64,000 nt of DNA from positions 502,475-566,474 of the forward strand of contig CAJINV010000019.1 in NCBI GenBank assembly GCA_905178155.1, given 5' to 3'. Of the stretch, positions 55,910-64,000 are shown one piece after another. How positions within the stretch are numbered: position 1 is the stretch's first letter; every line of letters starts with the position of its first letter. Source of the DNA: Amoebophrya sp. A120. Its lineage: Eukaryota > Protista > Dinoflagellata. Both the position numbers and the translations under genes were made by a program. The notes under the pieces were generated by a model, which saw only the letters and a program-made list of their open reading frames with translations, made no database searches and had not been told where the DNA came from.

Positions 55910-58699
55910 ATGACGGCGTTCTCCTTCGCCGCTGTCGCCGCCAAGTGGTTCTACCTCTTCTCTCCCATATCAAGAACTGCAAAAGTGTCTGGGTCTGGAA
56001 GACTGCGAAACTTGTCATGCTGATCTGGCATGGCCCTTAAATCTTCTGTATTGCGTGGCCACAAACAGCCTCTCTCGCCTGTCATGCAAAAACACAGCTT
56101 CTCTTTCTCATGCGGAATACGCAGCACAGAAGCACGAAAAAACTTGTCATGCTTGGCGGCGCACTACAGTGCATTTGTTATTGGCTGTCTTGCATCACAA
56201 GTTTCCAGTCAGACCCAGACATTTGTGCACTTGATATCCCAGCAGCCGGTACAATTCCTTCGTTTTTGCCCTGGCCGAGCTGAAGGGCGCCAAGGAGACC
56301 AACCATTTGCGAGGAGCGGAGAAGGTATGCATGGCAACTCTAGGAACGGAGGACACTTTTTTGCCTAGTAAGAGAACAGGTTTTCCTCGTCGCCTGTATG
56401 ATGCTGCCCTGTTTGCTGTAGTCCGGAGTCACATTAGCATTGAAGAACGTAATGCATTTCTCTATTCACTCACAGGTCGGCTACACTCAAGAAGATGACC
56501 ACGTGGTTGAAGATGCGGTTCCTGCGGCCATGCTGGAAAAGGTATGTAGATCTTATTGGACATTTTACCTCAGTAGTAGATTCTCCTTACGGGACGGTAT
56601 GTCGTCCTCTTTATCGTCCGTAGTCAAAGTAGCACTGAAGTACAGTGTACCCTTCGCAACTTCACTCACAGGCCGGCAATCACGAAGATGATGACGCTGC
56701 TGCAGATGCTGCTCCTGCCACGTCTGCACTCCAGACCAGCACCACCAGTGGGGCCGATGATGCTGCGCTCGGTCAACAAGATGACGTCGATTCGCGCGAG
56801 ATGGGGGAGGTACTCATTATTGTGGTCGGAGTTTTTTAATGTAGTAAATAAGTATTGCGCCACGTGATGTGGTAGGATATGAATATGATCCACCTCTTTG
56901 TGATGCTGGTGCTGTTTATTCATTGTCAGAACTACGCGATTATACTCGAACATCTCATATTTTCACTCACAGGCCGGCAACCACGAAAGTGACCACGTCG
57001 CTGAGGATGCTGCTGGCGCCAACTCTGCACTCCAGACCAAAACCAGTGAGGCCGATGATGCTGCGCTGGGTCACCAAGATGACGTCGATTCGCCCGGGGT
57101 GGAGGAGGTACTTACTTATTATTGTGATCACAATTTTTTAATCTTGTGGATGAGTATCTCGCCACGTGATGTGGTAGGATGTGAATGTGATTCACCCCTT
57201 TGTGATGCTGGTGCTGTTTGTCAGAGTTACGCGATTATACTGGAACGTCTCATATTTTCACTCACAGGCCGGCAACCACGAAAGTGACCACGTCGCTGAA
57301 GATGCTGCTGGCGCGAACTCTGCACTCCAGACCACCACCAATGGGGCCGATGATGCTGCGCTGGGTCACCAAGATGACGTCGATTTGCCCGGGGTGGAGG
57401 AGGTACTTACTTATTATTGTGATCACAATTTTTTAATCTTGATCTTGTGGATGAGTATCTCGCCACGTGATGTGGTAGGATGTGAATGTGATTCACCCTT
57501 TTGTGATGCTGGTGCTGTTTGTCAGAATTACGCGATTATACTGGAACATCTCATATTTTCACTCACAGGCCGGCAACCACGAAAGTGGCCACGTCGCTGA
57601 AGATGCTGCTGGCGCCAACTCTGCACTCCAGACCAAAACCAGTGAGGCCGATGATGCTGCGCTGGGTCACCAAGATGACGTCGATTTGCCCGGGGTGGAG
57701 GAGGTACTTACTTATTATTGTGATCGAAGTTTTTGAATCTAGTGGACGAGTTTTGCGCCACGTGATGTTGTAAGATGTGATCCTCTTTGTCGTGCTCTCT
57801 GTCAGCACTGTACTAATTACACTTGAACATCTCATAATTTCACTCACAGGCCGGCAACGACGTTGCTGCAGATGCTGCTGCCGCCAACTCTGCACTTGAG
57901 ACCAGTACCGGCATGGCCGACGCTCTTGCCCCCCCCCCCCCCGACGGACCGGATACGGGGTTTCTCGTGAGCAAACTGAACCAAATCCAGGACGGCCGCA
58001 CGGGTCTGGTGCAAGCCGGAGTCTCCGTATCCAAGAAAAAAACTGTGTTGCTGTAACTCTTTTTAGGAAACGGCATGACAAATCTTTTTGGCATGACAGC
58101 GTCATGCGCAGTGAGTAAGTACGCGAAAGCACGTACGTAGCCTGTCATTCATGTACAGCATGGCAAGTGTAACTGCGTTGGATCTTCTGCAACACGGGCT
58201 TACACTAAGACAGTTTTTTTCGTGCATACTGCGACCGCGAGGTCGACGTGATGTCGTGGATGATGAACAAAACTGGCCTATCCTAAGTAAAAACGTACTC
58301 ACCAAATAACAAGATTTCGATTTATCATGCAAATCTACGCGTCTGAGTGTAGAATATGATTCTTGCGGCTCCCCATGAGGGCCATTATGTCATCCGGATA
58401 TTTGGCATGCTCTATATTATAAATGATGCGAATTCAACATGTTGACGCGTCTGCGCTATGAGCCAAGTGAGACAACCCTGCGAGTTCGAAGTTGTCATGC
58501 GCAACAACCAAAATATCTTCGCTTGTGATGTAGCAGAATTCCCATCTTGGCAATAATCGGTTCGGTACGTTTTTGCACATGATACGGCAACGCCACCCGT
58601 GTTGCGGAAGCGTACAAAAGCGGCTTCGTCACCGAGTTCAGTCTCCGGGATGGCGACAATGACAAGGTCCTGACTTATCCGAGTGGGGAGAATGACTGA
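55910..58699 (+). CDS. Putative secreted acidic repeat protein built from tandem exon-intron units
   Basis: Hydrophobic N-terminus, repeated exons AGNHESDHVAEDAAGANSALQT...EE, each with a tcactcacag acceptor and GT donor; 3 introners; frame closes at TGA 58697-58699. Confidence 0.65.
55968..56236. mobile_element. Introner family A
   Basis: TIR with small indels; DR tccca/tccca. Confidence 0.88.
56460..57900 (+). repeat. Tandem ~300-bp exon+intron repeat
   Basis: Units start at tcactcacag near 56466, 56662, 56963, 57258, 57559 and 57840; the middle three are near-identical. Confidence 0.88.
58028..58228. mobile_element. Introner family E
   Basis: TIR; DR ctccg/ctgcg. Confidence 0.85.
58279..58584. 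mobile_element. Introner family C (diverged)
   Basis: TIR tatc....g.aaaaacgtac; DR tggcc/cggca. Confidence 0.78.
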
Positions 58700-59849
58700 G
58701 TCAGAAATGTGGAGTCAAGAAGTTTGTTAATTTCTTGTCATGGTGGTTGATGGAAGTACAAGTATGAATTGAAGTAGTTTTGTTGTGCAGGAGTGGGTCT
58801 GTCACACTCGCTTTCTGCGGCCGTGAGTGAGAATCTTGACTTGAATTTGATTCCGAATTTTTCCTCCGGGATATCGTTCCGGCCGAGTGCCCCATCCTGG
58901 CGTCCACCAGTTTTGCCGGCCGTCCAGGTGCGAGCATGACGCCAGTGGTTTTCTGCGAATTCTTACCATGCTGAAAAGTGTGTGCGAGCATATTTGTCGT
59001 GTACTTATGGCTAGAAGATTGAAAAGCATTTGCGTACACCTGGCATTTGGAGTTTATTGTGTTCTTAGGCCCACATGCATTAAATGGCACTTCAAGTACA
59101 TGACGAATGTGACGATGTCGATTCACTTTTCCGCATGACACACCTGCGCTCGTCGGCGGAATCTGCTGGAGCGGGTCGGCAGCACGTATGAGGGTACACG
59201 ACTCTCCCTCACCCTCATTCGAGAAATTATAGAAACGCCAACGGAGATGGAGCGTGTGCATGAAAAATTCCACCTACTTAGGCTGATTGTAATACTGTAC
59301 GGACTTGGGAATTTGTCATGCAAAGAGCAGCAGCTTGTGGATCTTTTCCCGGACGGACGAATGAGGTGGAGGGGGAGTTGTGGACTCTGATAGCCCGGGG
59401 ATCGTCGAGTCGACGGGTGAGCAGCAGGTGGTCGCCGTTGGTCCCAGTGGAGGCACCATGGCGGACGGAGCTGTGTCAGCTGAGCACCAACCGACTGCTT
59501 TTCTGCAACAAAAGTTTTGGGGTTTGTGCGACTGTTTTAGCGGTATTTTCTTTTATATAAACACGGTTGAAGTAATTGCACCGTGCCCACGGTGTGTGGG
59601 AGTCCTCGTTTGGACTTTTTTCTGAGAGCTGTAAGTCTTGTTCTTGTTGATTCAAGGTTAGTTGGAGGCTGAACAGGCGGCAAGCCGCTGACCTGTATGG
59701 CTACGGTCACTGTAGGTCATGCTCGGGAATGCTTAGGAGTGCGAAAATAACATTTGAAACGGGGGAAAACTAGACGAGACTTGGGGATTTGTAATTGTGT
59801 TTGAAGTTCCTGTTCCAAGGTTGAATTCGGTAGGAATGCGTTACAATAA

Positions 59850-60190
59850 AGCTCTCCACTTCGAAACTAGGGTCGACTGTTGACAACCACGAGGGCACTT
59901 TTGACAACCACGAGGACACTTTTGACAACCACGAGGACACTTTTGACAACCACGATGACGTTATGACTGACAACCACGCCGTCATCTCCCCGCAAAGTGG
60001 CCCAAGGCGGCAAGACGCGGGTCCGACGCAACCCGGAGTGTTGGCGTTGGAAGACGACCATGCCCTTCGCCAGCGGCAGCGCGAGGAGCAGGCCGCGAGG
60101 GACAAGGAGGCCGCGACGGAGGCCCGGAGGCGGCAGCAGGAGCGGGACATCGTGAGCGACCCCTGGCTCATGGCCGGTTGGCTTTCCTGA
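59850..60190 (+). CDS. Possible terminal exon of a hypothetical protein with TFDNHED repeats
   Basis: Open frame containing 21-bp repeats, continuing into ORF 59963..60190; upstream exons not resolved. Confidence 0.3.
59876..59977 (+). repeat. 21-bp tandem repeat (acttttgacaaccacgaggac), 4-5 copies
   Basis: Read directly; encodes TFDNHED. Confidence 0.8.
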
Positions 60191-62280
60191 TGATTTCTAG
60201 TACTACAACACTGATTGATAGATTTCCGACCGCTGTCATGAAGATGATGAGGATTTCAGCTTTTACGCCTTTGCAGCAGTCAGACCAAGGCAGAAGTTTT
60301 CAAGTTCGTTTCTATTGTTTGTAGCAACAGTTATTCCAACGATATACGTCTTACGTTTCTGTTTGTTTTTTCTCGCCAATTAGCACACGACGAAGAAAGC
60401 AAGACTTCCACTAAAAAACAACGTCTCCAACACCAACGGACAAACGAAGAATCACCAGCGTGAGGTTCTTCTGGCTCAGTTGAACAACATGACTTGTATC
60501 TATCTTATCTGTGTCCCCAAATGCAAATCTATTGGAGTGAGGTGGTAGTAAGGTGCGGGGTCAGTTGGAAGCTTTATGATGAGCATATGCTAGTTGAAAA
60601 ATTCGAAGAATGAACAAATACAAACTAAGCAACAAGGGTCCGAGAGACTCGCTTTAGGCAAAAAATCGCAAGACAAATTTAAGTTATGTTGAATTACACA
60701 GACAGCTCTTCAGTTTTGTACAAAGCAAGTAAACTTTACGAACGGTAGATAGAAGCGTAAGACAGGTAGACGAAGATCTGCAGCGAACGACAACCACGAA
60801 GGAAGAAGTATAAAAAAAGACAAAAAACTAACACAATCTCAAAAAAAAAAACAGTTCTTCACCAACTTCACAGCGAGAAAAGCAACATATTTTATTCTGT
60901 GCTCTTTCTCTATCTCTTTTCCCAGTAGCGTTAGCAGTTTCTTGTACGACAAAAACACTTTTTAACTTTTCAACTTTTCAGTAGGAACCTAAACTTCGAC
61001 ACCAACTTTTTAATTTTACAGCTCTTCACTTTATTTTTTCTTAAGTGCAGGCCTAAAGCGGCTCTTGCAGACTGACTTTTTCTTCAAGTAGCGCTAAAAC
61101 ACGAGAGAAGAAAAAATCTTCACCCGGATCCCGTGTATCCAATATGAACAAACAAACAAACAACTCTATGTATTAGTTTCAATTATAGCATCACAAATCA
61201 AACAGTCCAACTGTACAAGCAGTGGTTACAACCCGACGTTTATTACTCGATTTTTACAACCAGACACTCCACAGAATTACCAGTTCAGAGGCGCTGTTAT
61301 TAGTAATGCTTTCAGGAGGTAGTGCTCTTCAAAGAAAAATTAATGGCAATTTTGAGTTTGACCCTCATTTTGACCCACGTCGAAGTAGAAAAATGCACCT
61401 CACTGTCTGATTCTCGACCACGCAAAAAGCAACACACGAAAATTTCTATTTGACACCGAGATAGACAGAAGGCGCATGACGAGCTGTTTCCTCGAAAAAT
61501 TGAACAGGACTTTTGTTTTTTCCGCTTAAGTGTGAAAGCAAAACGAGGACGCTAAGAAGGGCGGTAACGATCTAGAAAAATTTGCGGCGCAAATTTCCGG
61601 ATTTGTTCGACTTGTGCATGGAAGTAGAATCAGAGAAGACGAGCATCAAGATACGCGGCGTATTAGAAAAAAGAAAAAGTCTTCGCTTCCAGTATTGGAA
61701 TGAGGAACAGGAAACTCCGCTGCGCTCCATTTTTGGACGATCTGGCGCTTCTTGATGTGCTCGAGGTGGTGGAAAGTTTGACGCTCCTTGAAACAGCAAG
61801 GTTCGCGCTCGCAGTTATGCCGCACCTCACTGCAGGATCGCATTTGAAGTAAATTTCTTTGAGTTGGCCGAGGATTTTGCACTTCGTGCATGCTGCAACT
61901 ACATCGCAAATCTCTTACTCTCTGTCAAAAAGTAGATCAGCCAGAAATGCGAGCATCCAAATAGCGAGATCCATAAGACCCGCAGAGAAGTGAAACAGGA
62001 TCAAAGACCCGAAATTCGTCCCAGGATCAAAATACGAAACGAAAGCTCCACTTGTCACCGCCTGAAAGGTGTTTTATTTGTGGTCTCTCTCGCATGTTTT
62101 GGAAAGGAGAGCTTTAAGCTATTTTCGTGTTGTTGTGAGCCTTTAATGATCGATTGGTACAGCAGTGAACTTAGTCAGGATTTAAGTAGGTTTTTAGATA
62201 GTTTACATCCAACTCGAAAATCACGGATACTCAAGATATAGATCTTGTCTGTTCTGCTCACAAATAACGACAAGCACAAA

Positions 62281-64000
62281 ATGTCCATGACGGAAGAAGA
62301 AGGAACTCGCGAGGCGCTGCGCCTCGCCCGCATGCAGGCGATGCTGGACAAGGGAGACGCTCCGGTCCAGGCGAAATATATGCGACATCAGGGGAAAGAC
62401 CAAGCAACCGAAAAGGAAGCAGCAGCCCTCTCCTCGCCCACGACGCACGAGATGAAGCCGGCAGCTGCAAATGATGGAGAACAAAAGGGACAGTCCGAGT
62501 CGTGTCCTCATCGCGACACCGCTGCCACGACACCTGCCACGGTCACAGAAGCAGCAAGCCAACAAGCGGGAAATATAGTTGTGGAGTCCTCCGTTCTGGC
62601 CACCGATGGTACAGAACAGACTACATCTGCAAAGCCCGACGAAGGACAGCAGCAAGAAGCGGAGCCGCCGACGAAGAAGCGCAGAAAAAACGACAAGCGG
62701 GGGCAGTACAAGAATAAGGAGAGGCAGCAGATGCAGAGAGAGGAGCGGAAATTCAACAACGTGGACCGGCTGCAGACGATTTGTCTCGAGCTCGCCTTCT
62801 GGAACCGGTGCGAAAGCAGCGGATGCACACTCGGAAGTAGAGCAGCGCGGTGCCATTTGTCCGCACCGGAGGTTGATCTGTCAGGAACAACAGCCGGAAG
62901 CTCCTGCAAAGATGGACAGGAACAGCAAGCCGGAAAGAGCCAACCAGAAGGGGGCAGTTGTAACACGACCAAAATCTGCCGGCGCAATCACGACATTGCG
63001 AAGAAGCTTCTGGAAATCAAACAGTGTGGCGGAATGCCGTATTCTTTGCCGGAGATGGCACAAGCCGCAGCTGAGGGAGCGGTTGAGGCGGGAACAGAGC
63101 CGATAGCTTTCACTGCGAAATCCACATCTTCGGGACTGGAAATGGCCGGCGAAAAGAAAGAGGACGTCGTGGAGATGGTCAGTACTGGCAATATCCCTTG
63201 TCTCGTCTACCGCACCAACGGGTTTTGTCCCGCTGGCGTGAACTGCTTGTGGGCCGGAGACCATGTGGATCTCAACACCGGGGAAAATCTCTTTGACTGG
63301 GACAAGATTGCGGCGAAGAAGGCGGAAATGGAGTTTGGGAAGGGAAGGGGCATGACATTGACAAATAGTTCGTCTTCACCTATTGGGAAAACTTCTGATA
63401 GTACCTCAGAAACGGGTTTAATATCCGAGTCGCAAAAGCAGAAGCAGCCGGACGAGTCCAGCACTGCTTCCCCCACGACGGCGTCGACAAAAACAGAAGA
63501 TTGCTCTTCACCGGAACATCACGCAGGAGAGGAAAATGTAGTTCAACAGAACCAAGACGCCACGAATCCTGCAGTTACGGGTGTAACAAAAACTTCCCGT
63601 GATATAATTATGCCAAAAAAATGTGAAGAAAAAAGTACATCCTCCAACATAATTTTCGACAAGCAAAAGGATCTGATTTCCTTCATCCGGAATGATTTGG
63701 GGTGTCTCTCCCTCCAGTCCGGTATTCACGAAACCAACCAGCTAAATGACGACATCCGGAACCAACTTCGGCGCAAGAAAATCGCATTTCCAAAAAGCGA
63801 CGAAGTGGTGGCGAAATTCCATTTACTGAGCAAAACGATGGACGACTCGGCGCTCTCCAATGTTGAGACAAAAAATTCATCAGAAACTGCGACAATAGAG
63901 GAAAAAGTTGACACGAATAATGAAAGTGGAGCAGCACCAGCAGGTGCGATTCGCGAAGGCGTACAAGGTATCATCGCAAACACAAGCGTCGACTCTACAG
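62281..64000 (+). CDS. DUS3: tRNA-dihydrouridine(47) synthase DUS3-like, N-terminal part (3'-partial)
   Basis: GDAPVQAKY, KRGQYKNKER, CCCH-type CLVYRTNGFCPAGVNCLWAGDH and NQLNDDIRNQLRRKKIAFPKSD match the DUS3 N-terminal architecture; catalytic domain lies beyond the window. Confidence 0.72.
   Translation, partial: MSMTEEEGTREALRLARMQAMLDKGDAPVQAKYMRHQGKDQATEKEAAALSSPTTHEMKPAAANDGEQKGQSESCPHRDTAATTPATVTEAASQQAGNIVVESSVLATDGTEQTTSAKPDEGQQQEAEPPTKKRRKNDKRGQYKNKERQQMQREERKFNNVDRLQTICLELAFWNRCESSGCTLGSRAARCHLSAPEVDLSGTTAGSSCKDGQEQQAGKSQPEGGSCNTTKICRRNHDIAKKLLEIKQCGGMPYSLPEMAQAAAEGAVEAGTEPIAFTAKSTSSGLEMAGEKKEDVVEMVSTGNIPCLVYRTNGFCPAGVNCLWAGDHVDLNTGENLFDWDKIAAKKAEMEFGKGRGMTLTNSSSSPIGKTSDSTSETGLISESQKQKQPDESSTASPTTASTKTEDCSSPEHHAGEENVVQQNQDATNPAVTGVTKTSRDIIMPKKCEEKSTSSNIIFDKQKDLISFIRNDLGCLSLQSGIHETNQLNDDIRNQLRRKKIAFPKSDEVVAKFHLLSKTMDDSALSNVETKNSSETATIEEKVDTNNESGAAPAGAIREGVQGIIANTSVDST

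Noticed and set aside
2464-56236. Recurrent ~30-bp repeat aaatgtctgggtctggaa as a CRISPR array
   Set aside because: Copies occur as inverted pairs about 250 bp apart, dispersed inside eukaryotic genes, with no cas genes; they are TIRs
2390-56368. Many short ORFs sharing CKNVWVWK, MSGSGR, FQTQTFLHL or PDPDIF as a protein family
   Set aside because: These are the reading frames of the family-A TIR on both strands, not genes
1-64000. Autonomous transposase or reverse transcriptase for the introners
   Set aside because: No element exceeds about 370 bp and I recognised no DDE or RT motifs in any ORF
1-64000. Genome-wide stop-codon reassignment
   Set aside because: Traced genes end at ordinary TAG/TGA and show no internal stops apart from the single TGA at 2379

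Overview
Eukaryotic nuclear DNA from a myzozoan alveolate, most consistent with a syndinian dinoflagellate such as Amoebophrya (inferred from an apicomplexan-type ATP synthase subunit b, co-oriented genes and the intron type). About 10 genes, all on the + strand: a partial low-complexity ORF, a hypothetical gene, CFAP44, a ~19 kb multidomain surface protein (PAN/Apple-like, mucin-like, F-type lectin-like, WSC), a Pelle/IRAK-like kinase with Tudor-like and FHA domains, ATP synthase subunit b, a TPT/SLC35 transporter, a secreted repeat protein, a doubtful ORF and the 5' part of DUS3. The dominant feature is an invasion by 63 non-coding 150-370 bp elements (about a quarter of the window) from at least 9 unrelated terminal-inverted-repeat (TIR) families. 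Almost all follow one rule: 5-bp direct repeat (DR) - TAT...ATA - 5-bp DR. They sit inside exons, occur in both orientations, usually lack GT-AG, and share an internal TGT(C/G/A)ATGC motif. Removing the element plus one DR restores the reading frame in every case I traced by hand. This type of non-canonical 'introner' is known from Amoebophrya. The cross-family grammar, the orientation independence, the match to the host GTAY donor and the introner-to-canonical transitions are my inferences and need RNA data. Gene identities come from motif recall, not database searches.
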